Counted from the stretch's first letter, positions 37,058 through 50,053 are shown. The stretch: DNA of 64,000 nt from Octopus sinensis (GCF_006345805.1 NC_043010.1:57784001-57848000); one strand, 5' to 3'. The notes: a model not told the origin generated them from the sequence alone. Translations and numbers: made by a program.

Positions 37058-37747
37058 GATGAGAAAAGAACATGTCCATGTCTTATTGTAAATTTTCTGT
37101 TTGTTCCTTTGACATTTTCCTGTTCAGTTTTTGAACACACGCACGAGTGTAAGAATGAATGTACAATTAAGATGTGTTCTCTATGTCCAGTGACAATTTG
37201 CATCACCTTAGACCGGAAATGTCTGCCACTGTCTCATTGATTCACTGATAACTTGTCCCTGAATCTGGGCGAATGGAAACTGTGCCGAAGCTTTTTTGTT
37301 GGAATTTTCCTTTTCTTTTGTCATAGATTTAATCTTATCCCTCACCCATTTTAATGCCACCAAACTGGCCCTTAATTGCTTTTAACAAAGCTACACTGGT
37401 AGAGGCATATGGGCCAAGGGCCTGCTGTAAAGAGAAATTGGTACTTTCTTTCCAACAAACTTGGAGACTCAAAGCAGCTCATTGGTACTCCTGATATATA
37501 TATATATGTACACCAGAGTAAACACATAAACACAAAAGGGTGGAAAAAATAGTACTCGAATACCAGAGGTAGAGTAATACGCTTTACTGAAAAGCTGCGA
37601 AAATATCACAAAAACTGTTACTCAGAGTTTCACGTTGGACTATGATATTTTTGCTGCTTTTCAATAAAGTATATATATATCAAAGAAGGAAAAGAAAATG
37701 GAGATTGGGAAGTTATTAATTGTTTATTATTAACAGCAAATTAATCA

Positions 37748-37837
37748 TCTTCCCTTACAGCTGTTTCAATGAATACTCAGTAAATTTTAAGTAAATATTA
37801 AACTCATATGACCTGAGCGTAATATCTTCAGGGGGAA
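37748..37837 (-). ncRNA. Hammerhead motif with imperfect stems (Penelope-type end)
   Basis: Minus strand TTCCCC-CTGAAGA...CTCAG/CTGAG...GAAA-CAGCTG-TA-AGGGAA; the first stem I pair and the stem II closing pair are mismatched. Confidence 0.55.
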
Positions 37838-38340
37838 AAGAATATTCCCTTAAATGTGTTTATGGATTATTCAGTCTGCTATAATGAATCCATAGACACA
37901 TATAAAACATCCAAGGGTATATTTTTTGGAGTAAAGATTGTCTGCCAGTGTAACATGGCAATCCTGGTTTAGGATGAATGTTGCTGTAATTTAGCCCCAA
38001 GAGGCATCGTCTCCAGCTGGTTATACGACATGATCTGTGTCCTTATATTTTCGAACAAGGGAATCTAGCACCCCCACTCAGCTCAGAACAATATCTGTGT
38101 ATCGTTATTTCCAGGTTATTTCCCTTCATCAGTCCTAAACCAGGACTGCCATGTTATGTTGGCAAATACTCTCTACTCCAAAGTTCTGTTCCTGAATATC
38201 TCTCATTGCGAGATTTACAAACAGTAATTTTCTAAGATATATTTTTTTCCCTGTGAAGATATTATGTTCAGGTCAAATAAATATCTCCTAATATAATAAT
38301 GAGCGTAGTGTCTTTATATATTTGTATGTATTTATATATT

Positions 38341-39258
38341 CATCATCATCATCATTTAGCGTCCGCTTTCCATGCTAGCATGGGTTGGACGGTTCAACTG
38401 GGGTCTGGGAAGCCAGAAGGCTGCACCAGGCCCAGTCTGATCTGGCAATGTTTCTACGGCTGGATGCCCTTCCTAACGTCAACCACTCCATGACTGTAGT
38501 GGGTGCTTTTTACGTGCCACCAGCACAGGTGCCACATGAGGCTGGCAAACGGCCATGATCGGAGGTGCTTTTTACGTGTCACCGGCATGGGGGCCAGGCA
38601 AGGCTGGCAACGGCCATGATTGGATGGTGCTTTATATGTGCCACCGGCACTGGTATCACAGCTACAATTTCCATTGATGTTGATCTATTTCGATTTTGAT
38701 TCTGATTCTCACTTGCCTCAACAGGTCTTTACAAGTAGAGTTTTTGTCCCAAGAAAGAAAGGTATGCGTAAGTGGACTGGCTACATCCCAGGTAGAGGCC
38801 ACGGGTTATGATCTCACTTGTCCTGCCGGGTCTTCTCACACACAGCATACTTCCATAGGTCTTGGTCTCTAGTCATTTCCTCGGTGAGACCTAAAGTTTG
38901 AAGGTCGTGCTTCACCATCTCATCCCAGGTTTTACTGGGTCTACCTCTTCCACAGGTTCCATCAACCGCTAGGGTGTGGCCCTTTTTCACACAACTATCT
39001 TCATTCATTCTTGCCACATGACCATACCAGAGCAAACGTCTCTGTTGCACACCACAACTGATGCTTCTTAGGTCCAACTTTTCTCTCAAGGCACTTACAC
39101 TCTGTCGAGTATGAACACTGACATTACACATCCATCGGAGCTTACACATATCCTCAGCAGAGCTTGCGAGCTTACACATATCCTCAGCAGTGACGGCCCA
39201 TGTTTCACTCCCATGTAGCATGGCTGTTCATACACATGCGTCATACAGTCTGCCTTTT
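38341..39258 (-). pseudogene. 5'-truncated RTE LINE (ORF C-terminus, 3' UTR, tail)
   Basis: KGRLYDACV...MLHGSETWAVTAEDM...LLWYGHV...GRGRPSKTW...VCEKTRQDK; (CAT)n at 38341; (TA)n at the 5' junction. Confidence 0.92.
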
Positions 39259-40054
39259 ATATATATATATATATATATTTGTCCAAAATCATAGAGTAGG
39301 ATGGACTTGGAGAAATAGTATAAGTGAAGGGAGAGGAGAGAAAATAGTAATTCAGTGAAGGAGAAGTAGTGAGAGTAATAGCCCTGACTGAGAGAGAGTG
39401 AGAGAAAGGAAGTGGCAAGGAGCACGTCCGGTATTTACTGTTTTTCTCTGTCACAATATATGAATGAGAAAGGAAGGGGTGAAAACATATCAGCGTTTAA
39501 ATCTATGTGAGTATATGTGTGTGAATGTAAAAGGGACGTATGTGAATGTGTGTGTGCGCAATGGAAATGGGATGGTGAACACTCAACGCTGAAAAGAAAA
39601 ATCAAACAGCATTTCAACTGTGTGTGTAGAAGGGAAGTTTGTGAATGTTTTGTATGTGTGATTATTATTTACCTTATTTTGTACCTTATATATAAAATAC
39701 TACAATTAGCTGTCATTTTTGACGGCACAGGGTCAGCTAGTCATTTTCATATTTACTGAGTATTAATTGAAACAGCTGTAAGGGATGAGGATTAATTTGC
39801 TGTTAATAATAGACAACAATTAACTTCCCAATCTCCATTTTCTTTTTCTTCTTTTACATGAATATAACCTATAAGTTATTATATATATATATATACATAT
39901 ATATATACCCATTATTTTAAGGTAATTAATTCCCCGAAAATACTAGGTATTGAACCAGTATTTCCTTGAATGAAACCATCCCTTCATGAGGTAAACACAA
40001 ACCCTAATTGAACACACATACACACACAAATTCATATAGATAGATAAATACATG

Positions 40055-40094
<40 letters not shown>

Positions 40095-40438
40095 TAATAT
40101 GTGTATATGTATAGATAGATAATATATGTGTGTGTGTGTATATATATATATATAGAGAGAGAGAGAGGGAGAGAGAGTGTGAGAGAGAATGTGTGTGAGT
40201 GTATTAAGTTGAAAACCGAATCTATGTCTGTGTGTGCGTGAAGATAATGGAAGACATTTGTGCAAGGGAGGTAACTGGTGTTTGACAAAAGCAGACTGTT
40301 TTCCAGAGACTTTAAAATTCTTGTCTTAAAGATACACTCACACACGACGCGAACACACACACACACACACAAACGTCTGTATATATATATATATATAATA
40401 TATATACATATATATATATATACACACACACATATATA

Positions 40439-40603
40439 CAGGGTTGGCCAAAAGTCACCAGACAGTAAATCGAAACCATTTAATTCCAAGATTTATGTTT
40501 AATAACCGAATGAATTTAGTAGAAACACTTAAATATGAAACATCATGAAAATTGTTCAAACTGAAGTCTGATTTACTGTCGGGTGACTTTTGGCCATCTT
40601 TTG
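40439..40603. mobile_element. Tc1/mariner-type MITE
   Basis: TA|CAGGGTTGGCCAAAAGTCACCAGACAGTAAATC...GATTTACTGTCGGGTGACTTTTGGCCATCTTTTG|TA: about 33-bp TIRs, TA duplication. Confidence 0.88.
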
Positions 40604-40619
40604 TATATACTCTCTCTCT

Positions 40620-41018
40620 CTCTTTTACTTGTTTCAGTCATTTGACTGCGGCCATGCTGGAGCACTGCCTTTAGTCGAGCAAATCGACCCCCGGACTTAT
40701 TCTTTGTAAGACCAGTACTTATTCTATCGGTCTCTTTTGCTGAACCGCTAAGTGACGGGGACGTAAACACACCAGCATCGGTTGTCAAGCAATGCTAGGG
40801 AGATATATATATATATATATATATTTGTATACACACACACACACATACATACACATATATACGACGGACTTCTTTCAGGTTCTGTCTACCAAATCCACTC
40901 ACAAGGCTTTGGTCGGCCTGAGGCTATAGTAGAAGACACTTACCCAAGGTGCCACTCAGTGGGACTGAACCTGGAACCATGTGGTTGGTAAGCAAGCTAC
41001 TTACCACACATCCACTTC
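40620..41018 (-). mobile_element. SINE family B
   Basis: Reverse-complement homolog of 31339-31724. Confidence 0.88.
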
Positions 41019-41435
41019 ATTATATATATATATATATATAATTAATATAAGCAGCAGTTTGCAATTTTTCACCAGAAGAAGAATTACAAACGTCACTAAA
41101 TGCGACTAGTGCGTTAGGTAACACTTACATTGCTAGAAATAAGAGCTAAACCCCTCTAATATTGTAGTTAACGCACATGAATGAAAGCATAGACATTCAG
41201 AGGGAACAACTAGTTCTATTTAGTGACATTTGTTCTTCTCCTTTTTGGTGATACATTGTAAACTGGTGTTTATATTAATTTTATAAATACACATTAACGA
41301 ATCATTAAATCATCCAATTATTTGGATGAAGGAAACATAAATACTGAAATGACGAAAGCAAGTCCTGAAAAAATAAACCGGCGAATATTTTAGCAGTCTT
41401 AACTGACAAGACAGTTGCCGAAACTTACACATCAG

Positions 41436-41492
<57 letters not shown>

Positions 41493-41495
<3 letters not shown>

Positions 41496-41721
41496 GAGAC
41501 GTGCCACCTAGGTAGGCAAGGTGAGCAGTGCCTACCTTGAATAAAATAAACTTACTTGGAAATGGACGGGTATGTATGCATGTATGTATGCATATATATA
41601 TATATAATATATATATATATATATAAATGAGACGTGCCACCTAGGTAGGCAAGGTGAGCAGTGCCTACCTTGAATAAAATAAACTTACTTGGAAATGGAC
41701 GGGTATGTATGCATGTATGTA

Positions 41722-41725
<4 letters not shown>
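41493..41725. repeat. Exact 100-bp tandem duplication separated by (TA)n
   Basis: 41493-41592 equals 41626-41725 by eye; contains the hairpin AGGTAGGCA-N10-TGCCTACCT. Confidence 0.9.
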
Positions 41726-41762
<37 letters not shown>

Positions 41763-41989
41763 GTGTGAAAAGGTTGAATGTAGATTCATCCTTTAATTTG
41801 GAGGATTCCAAAAACGATGTCTAATAAAGATTCTTCATATTTTGCTGGTAGCTGACTGGCTTAAGTTTGCGAATATGAAAATAATACTTGTATATGCTGT
41901 GTTATGTAAGAGTGACCCAACCATGAAAAGTTGCTTCTAGGTCAGGATGGGGTGTCACAAACGAAAGTCAACATTTGGAAGCAAAAATT

Positions 41990-42202
41990 AGTTTTCAATT
42001 TTGGCACAAGGCCAGCAATTTCAGGGAGGGGATAAGTTGATTAAATTGACCCCGATGCACAATTGGTACTTATTCTATTGACCCTGACAGGATGAAAAGC
42101 AAAGCTACCTTTGGTGGAATTTGAACCCAGAGCATAAAATCAAACAAAATACTGCTAAACATTTTGCCTGGCATGCTAACAATTCTGCTCAGTTGCCACC
42201 TT
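41990..42202 (-). mobile_element. SINE family C, near full length
   Basis: Minus strand GGTGGCAACTGAGCAGAATTGTTAGCATGCCAGG head...GGTTCAAATTCC box B...GCTGGCCTTGTGCC. Confidence 0.75.
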
Positions 42203-44102
42203 AATTGGAAGCAAATATTGGCAGCCACCAGTGGGAGGAGTGAACATGAGGTGCAGGAGGGGCGATGTAGTGTTGGTAGTAAATATCTATGTATGTATAT
42301 ATATATGTATGTATATATATATATATGAAAAGCTGTTATGTCATTACGATGCAGCAATGTCCACTCTCATATTGTGTCATATTGCGGTTAACAGCTTCTT
42401 GTGTTGGTTTTAGTCATTACTTCTTCATTTGAAGTCCACAATATTTGGTAGGCCTTAAGTGAAGACCACAATGGCCACACTAATATCTATTTCACTTTCC
42501 ATATCTTTTTATTAACCCAAAATGCTTATATCTGTATTTTCAACATGTATTTATATCTACATGTGTACAGATCTATATTTAAAGTAACAACATACATGAT
42601 AGATTGAAATCATCTGTGATGCAACATGTTTGATAATATTAATATGAATGTGTTTCATAAGCAGAAAGAATGGGGATAGCAGCATATACGGAATGTGTGT
42701 GTGTGTGTGTGTGGCTGATTCGATATTATAGCAGACGGTTGTCAAACATGTCACAAGCACGTGCAGTCACTAAAAGTAAAAGAGAGCAAGAGACCAATTC
42801 ACTGAGCAAAGCAACATAGTTCTATGTAGATTGTTGAGTGGCTCTGCTTTGAGGTTGCATTTGCCAGCTTTTTATAACTGTAAGCAAAAGTTTTCTAGAA
42901 CCTTCAACCATGCTGTTTAGTGGGAACACTCACTCACTTCTTTTTAAGTTTACCACATCATCCATAACAAATCAGCCAACGTTGATTGGTTGAACCACAT
43001 TCAAATCAGTGCTAATGTCTTTTATGGTAACACATAGGCTTTACTTTTGCTATAGTGGGCTGTGGGTATGAGCAGGGAAAATCTGAGGGTAAAAGTCAGC
43101 TGAAGCTTCTCTAGACCCTGTGAATTTGAGCTCCTGGGGCTTTCCCCTCGCTTCCCATCTGGCTCTGGCCATGCCTGCCACCTGGAATTTGTATACTCTT
43201 CTTTCAAAGAGAAGATATTTTCAATAAATCAAGATTTTATCTTGTATGTTATTTAATAGACCTTTATTGTCCACATCCCAGCCACTGACCACTGACCACT
43301 GGTCACTCTCAGTTCAAGGATCTTTAATCCCGTTCCATGATCAATAATTGCAAGGGAGACTAGTCCAACTTTTGGTTATAAGGAATCCTCAGTCTGGCCC
43401 CTCTCCCTGCTTCTTTCTCATTAATTGACCCCATAATGAAAAATAGATCAAAGGTGGTGGGGTGGCTGTATGGATGGAAGGTTAGGGAGGAGCAGTAAGA
43501 GGTAGCAAGTGGGGTAGAAGGAGGAGGAGATTTTAGTGTAAAGGAGGAGGAAAAGTTAGTTAGGGAGTGGAGAGTAGGTGTTGAGGGTGGAGGAGAGGGG
43601 GTGGAGGAGATTAAAGTGAAGGGAGAGGAGATAGTTGTAAGAAGTAGCAGAAAAAGAGAGGAGAGAAAAAGTCCCTGGAGAGCAGGAAGAAGGCAGGAGC
43701 AGAGTGTGGTGGGGTTTCTAATCACTGCAGGGTTAAGCAGTGGTGGTGGTGGTGATGGTGGTGGTAGTGATATACTATGATGATGATGATGATGTGTACT
43801 AGTAGTGGTGGTGGTTTAGAGTGGTATGGATAGAGCATGATGATGATGGTGTACCAGTGGTGGTGGTGGTGAGTGAAACTATGCGCTATAGAGCCTGAAT
43901 AGTATAGTTAACAGTTAATCATTTATGATTAACTGATTAATTAAGGTAATTAGTGGGGGGAGTGAACATAAGGTGGAGGAGGTGGATGAGTGTTGGTAAT
44001 AAATATCTACAGTATTACACATATAAATATAAGTGTATGTATATATATTCTGTGTATATGACACGGTTGTATATAAGTACTGAGATATACGCTCATACAC
44101 AA

Positions 44103-44645
44103 AGGCATATGGCCAAGTGGTTAGGGTGTTGCACTCCCAATCACTCGACTGTGAGTTCAATTCCCCAACTGGGTGGTGTGTGCTGTTCTTCATCATTTAA
44201 TGTCCACTTTCCATGCTGGCATGGGTTGGACGGTTTGACTAAGGACTGGCAAGCCAAGAGGCTGCACCAGGCTCCAATCTGATTTGGCAAAGTTTCTCTA
44301 ATGCCAACCACTCCGAGAGTGTAGTTGTTGCTTTTTACATGCCCCCAGTACAGGGGCCAGTCAGGCGGTACTGGCATCAACCATACTAGAATGGTGCATT
44401 TCATGTACCACTGCCACGGGATCCGAACAAAATATTTCATTTCACGCTGCTCCAGTCCACTCAGCTGTAAACAGGTCACCCTTTATGATAATCTGGTCTT
44501 CTGATTAGTGGGGCAATGCTGACCTGCTCACCTAACCAGCAGGGTGGCATCATTTCAATGCTAAAACGATGCAAAGCGCATTGTGACCAATGATGTATAA
44601 CAACATCCACTAGTCTGGTCAATTGCATGTGATCACGTGATTGAC
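44103..44645 (+). mobile_element. tRNA-derived SINE interrupted by an RTE 3'-end copy (44191-44424, minus)
   Basis: TGGCCAAGTGG/GAGTTCAATTCC head; GTGCTGTTCTT|insert|GAACAAAATATTTCATTTCAC rejoins the motif seen uninterrupted at 53647 (TGTGTTCTTGAGCGAAACCCTTCATTTCAC). Confidence 0.75.
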
Positions 44646-45672
44646 CATATATGTACGCATATCGATATAAATATATATTAATATGGCTATCTCCACTACT
44701 TGAGCAGTTTGAGAAAGATGTCCTAAATATAATCCAAAACAGACAAACAGACAGAAACAACCCTCACCATTTTTTCCCAATATTATTCATTTCTTTCCCT
44801 TCCTCGCTCCCTCATTTTATATACCCTTCTCTTCTCTTTTCTATCTCTCTCTCTCACCCTCTATATACGTATCCATCCTCCTAACTTGGCAGCCGTCTTA
44901 CTGCCAGACCCCTGTTAGGGTCCCAGTTACAGGTTAACTATCATCTGTGATGACAATCCATCTGAGTGGATAGACACAGAAATGCCGCTGGTTGGTGTCA
45001 GGGCACGCAGAGGAAACCCCTAGCTGTTGTCACAGTATCCTCCTAGGAGAGGGACACTCTCATGTAAGCCCCCTGGTTTCACATGACTTCTCGTCATCTT
45101 GCTTTGACCTCACCCTAGGTACAGGTGAGGGGGCAGTACTACACAAACCCTTGGCTAGGATTGCATTTTATGAGCATCAAATGGCTAAAACTTTAATGGC
45201 ACTTCACTGAGATTTGAACCCAGGGAATAGACAAGTGGGATGGACAAATATGCAGGGCAGTTCTTACCAACATGCTAACAACACTGTCACACAATTACCT
45301 TTACATGTGTGTGTATGTTAGTATCTATGTGTGAGCGTGTATGAATGTATGTATATGTGCTTATATAAAAATGTGTGTGTGTAATAGTTGAGTGAAGTGG
45401 AAACAGAGATGAACAACTTTGTCTTCAGTGTGCATCTATTGACACCCCTGTCTGTACACTTCATCATCATCGTCATCATCGTCATCTTTATCATCTTCAG
45501 CATTATCATTACCATCACCACCCCCACAACCTCTGCCACCACCACTACCAACACCATTCATCACTGCTACCACCACTACCACCATCATGAGAGTTTCCTT
45601 TTCTCTTAAAAACTAAAAAAATCTGCCCAATTGAAATGGCAACACTTACAGTAAAGTCAGAAATAATTACCT

Positions 45673-46050
45673 TACAGGTGTGGCTGCGGGGGAAGAAGCT
45701 TGCTTCCCAACCTCATGGTTCCAGGTTCAGTCCCACTGCATGGCACCTTGGGCAAGTATCTTCTACTATATCCGCAAGTTAACCAAAGCTTTGTAAGTGG
45801 ATTTCGTAGATTGAAAATGAAAGAAGCCCATCATATATATATATGAATATATCTATGTGTGTGTGTCTGTGTTTGTACCCAGGTCATCGCTTGACAACCG
45901 ATGTTAGTGTGTTTATGTCCCTGAAACTTAGCGGTTTGGCAGAAGATACGAAAAGAATAGGTACTAGACTTAAAAAGAATAAGTTCTGGGGTCAATTTCG
46001 TTAACTAAAACCCTTTATGGCAGTCAAATGAATGAAACAAGTAAAAGCAA
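45673..46050 (+). mobile_element. SINE family B
   Basis: Homolog of 31339-31724. Confidence 0.85.
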
Positions 46051-46618
46051 AATAGATGAGTGTATTTTCCCCTTGTTAACAATTAACATGGAAAAAATAG
46101 ATAAATAGTTACCAGGGTAGCAAAAAATTAGAAGATTACATTGTTTTACACCATTTATTCCTTCGGAATAATATCAGTGAAATCTTCGAAACATGTGTCG
46201 GAAGTAAAAGTATTTGAATTATACCTGCGTTAAACTCCATTTATATATATATAATGTATGTATACAGATATTTACAGACACACACATGTATCCAAGAAGT
46301 GAGACACAAGTTCTTGTGATAGTTTTCATGGTTGAGTGATGCCCAACACAGGTCAGGGAAATAATCTCACCTGAAGATTTCAAGTTCAATCCCCACTAAA
46401 GGTGGCTTTACAACAACAGCATGAAGGTACTTTGGCTGTGGGGGCATGACTATAACATCCAGATTAAAGCTAGACAAGAAAATTGCAGTATGTAGCTAAG
46501 TATTAATTTTATGTAACATCAAAGCATCACAAAAAGGAATTCACCTTTAATCCTAAATGCAAACCTCTTAGCCTTGCTCTGAGCCAACTTAGTCAGCAGA
46601 CACATCTTAAACATGCCA

Positions 46619-46880
46619 CAGGCATATGGCATAATGGTTAAGAGCACGGGCTACTAACCCCAAGATTCCGATTCCAAGCAGTGACCTGAATAATAATAAT
46701 AATAATAATAACAATAATAACAACATCGAAAAATACCTTAGGAATGAAATTTCCTCAAGACACCAGAAGAAGGTTGGAGGGTATATCAGCCAAAACGTGT
46801 TAACATCAAACAAGATGAGGACAAATATCCGTCAAATGTAAATAATGTACATAATTCCTCATTTCTTAAATATTGAACTG
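46619..46880 (+). mobile_element. HHR-bearing tRNA-derived SINE family D (full length, core decayed)
   Basis: Same head-(AAT)n-body layout as 33398; GACAC-CAGAAGA-AGGTTG..CAGCC-AAAACG. Confidence 0.8.
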
Positions 46881-47337
46881 ACATTCATCTGGTTTGATAT
46901 TATTGACGATTATTTGTCCAGTTCCATTAGGATTTTGAAGAACATGTGGCACCATAAATGGTAAAGATATCATAAGGCATGTCAGAATATCTTGGTTTTA
47001 CAACAAAGATGCAGCATGTGGGAAACATTATTAATTCTTTTATTATCAGAACGGGGGGGGGGGGGGCTTTGGATGGTGTAGCGATTTGCGAGTTTATTGA
47101 ATTATACATCTTAAACAAAGGACTTCATTGAGATAACAACTGGGCTATTTCATCCAATATCATTGAGGTTCAGATTAAAACAAAATTATAAAGAAGAAGC
47201 TGAATCCACACTTTTTAAGAAGTAAGGCTTTTAATTAATGTAATAGCAAATAGATATCTAACCAAATGTCTTAGAAGTCACTTTTGATTACGAGACATGC
47301 AACAATAAACTCTGTAGAAAGCAAAGGAAAAACTTGG

Positions 47338-47725
47338 TGCAGGTGTGGCTGGGTGATTGGAGGCTTGCTTCTCAACCATGTGGTTCGGAGTTCAATCTCA
47401 CTGTGGGGCACCTTGAGAAAGTGTCTTCTCCTATAGCGTCAGTTCAACCAAAGTCTTGTGAGTAGATTTAGTAGATGGAAACTGAAAGAAGCCTCTCGTG
47501 TGTGTGTGCATGTCTTTGTGTCTCTGTCTCCCACTACCTCTTGACAACCATTGCTGGTGTGTTTATGTCCTTGTAACTTAGCAGTTTGAGAAACAGAGAA
47601 CGATAGAATAAGTACCAAGCTTCAAAAAAATAAGTCCTGGGGTCAATTCATTCAGTTAAAAGTTCTTCAAGGCAATGCCCCAGCTTGGCCACAGTCTAAT
47701 GACTGAAACAAGTAAAAGGATAAAA
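47338..47725 (+). mobile_element. SINE family B (diverged)
   Basis: Homolog of 31339-31724. Confidence 0.8.
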
Positions 47726-49071
47726 ATAAGAGACATCAAAAGTAATTTCAGTCATCCTGATTTCATCATTAAGAATCTTACTCTTTTACTCGTTTCAGCC
47801 ATGCAGCTGTGGTCACGCTGGAGCACCATCATGTAGGAAATGTAAATTTCTGATATGTCTACAAAGAAAATTACATTTGACAGAGGAGTGACTTACTCTA
47901 ATGCTGATTTAGAAAAATAGGGATTTCGAAGAAAAAGTTAGTTTTATATTGCAAAGCAGTGCCATTTAGAACCAAAGAAGAGTGCCCCTTACCCCACCAT
48001 CTCTTTTCTGTAACTGAAATGCCATCAGGTTTGATCACCCAACCAATCTGAATGGGAACTCTAATTTCAACAGAATTTTTCTGAAATTGATTTTAAAACA
48101 TTTCCCTCTTTACAAAATACACAAGACATTCAACCAATAAGATACCAAGCAGATCTTCAGCTGCATTTTCAGGCCTCAGTAACATAATTTCATATAATAA
48201 CTGTACTAAAGTACTGCAATCACGCACTGAGGGTTCACATAGATGACCCTGTGTCTGGCAGCTCTGGTAGCATCCACCACTTACAAACACAGGTAGGGAA
48301 GACAATTATTTGGATAATTATTGTAAATGGTAAATGTAAAATGCAGCGATTTGCATTGGCAAGTTTGTAAATTTAATGTTGAATGTGTAGTTTACCAAAA
48401 TGATTGTTTTTATCAAGATTTGAAATAAACCCAAACCTACGTTTGAGGGGCACACCTGTCTAGATATGTTCCTCAAACATGCCTTGAAGACCTTTTCTCA
48501 TATATTTGCTTGATCAAGCTCAATTGAGGTTAAGTAACAACAATAACAACTGGTAATTATTTTGTTGGATCTTGTGGGAAAGGAGAACAATAATGACTCT
48601 TACTAGGATTGAACTCTTGACTGTTACATGCCAAAGTGATTTTACTTGAACTCATTCAGGCCCTGCATCGACTGTATTTCAGTCAATTTACACTTTGACC
48701 ATTTAACTTGTACAACATTATCGCCTGATGTAGTGTTATTGCACACCAACATTATCATCTCATGACACAACAACATTATCACCTTACATCACATCAACAT
48801 TATCACTTTCTTCAACACTTTTTCCCATTTTCATACTGGAAAGTCCACCAGTGTCCTTCACTCAACACTGACCCATCCAATCACCATCATTCTTTCAGCA
48901 CCTTTATTAGATATAATAATATACCTGGGTACAACATCACGAGTCAGGTGTTGTCTCGTGAGGTTTGAAGAGTATAATTTAAACATTTAGAAATCCATAT
49001 TAATGCTTGAAAAACAAGTTATTCATCATTTCCTTGGATACGCACACACATACATATTTGTGTGTGTGTAG

Positions 49072-49110
<39 letters not shown>

Positions 49111-49162
49111 CTTATATATATATGCATGCACACACACGCATATACACATATTTGTGTATATG

Positions 49163-49198
<36 letters not shown>

Positions 49199-49238
49199 TA
49201 CACATACATTATATATACACACACACACACATATATAT

Positions 49239-49273
<35 letters not shown>

Positions 49274-49729
49274 CACATACATGCACACACACATACGCAT
49301 ATGTATATATGCACACGCACTTATATACCTGTATACATGTGTGTGTGTGTGTCATGACTAATAAAATGAGGCAAGCAATGGTGTTTCCATTTTCTTTTCA
49401 ATTTCCAACATTAAAATGGTTTTATTTAGTTTTCTCTGTGAAGTTCCTCGTTATTTCTGTGTTTGATGCCCAGTGTGTAACGAAGTTAAAACAATTAAGG
49501 ATCACAAAGCTGCAGCATCATGAAATCAAGAAGCGTATGTTTTTCCCAAAATGGCTCCGACAGAATCTGGTGCCACAGAAGAATAAAAACCATTTCCATG
49601 GATCTGAGACATGAAAACTCTTGTAATTCCCAGGTCCAGTGGACCAATGATTAAAGACTTTCCAATTGTGACCATTCCATCTCTATTTACAGGTACGCTG
49701 TACCTTCAGTACAGTACCTCCAGCTGTCA

Positions 49730-50030
49730 TGCATGAGTGAGTATGACTTAGTAACCATGTACCATGCTTGAACAGTCACAAGCCAATATGGACCTCCACT
49801 TAACCCCTTCACCCTAGATCCAGTGGAACATCCAGGATGGGCCAGCTGGAGCAAGACAGAACTGCACCAGCTCTTGGCTGGTACTCAGGTACCTGTTTAC
49901 AGCTTAACAGACTGAGGCAACTTGAAATGAAGTGCCTTTCTCAAGGACACGATGTTCCACCTAGCCCAGGAAGTGAACCCACACCCTCATGAGTGTAAGC
50001 CCAACACCTTAACTACTAGGCCATATCTCT
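49730..50030 (-). mobile_element. tRNA-derived SINE (diverged)
   Basis: Minus strand TGGCCTAGTAGTTAAGGTG...GGGTTCACTTCC head, then GTGTCCTTGAGAAAGGCAC. Confidence 0.6.
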
Positions 50031-50053
50031 TCACATTGTCTACCTTGGACTAT

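Noticed and set aside
41400-41432. CTGACAAGACAGTTGCCGAAAC
   Set aside because: It needs two substitutions for core and stem II and has no NUH site or stem I partner.
44885-45150. GC-richer segment considered as a LINE 5' UTR with an HDV-like ribozyme
   Set aside because: The GGCAG/CTGCC arms are too close to enclose P2/P3; no pseudoknot could be built by eye.
46619-46680. tRNA gene candidates in SINE heads (also 21300, 33398, 44103)
   Set aside because: No acceptor stem or complete T arm; they continue into repeat bodies, so they are SINE heads.
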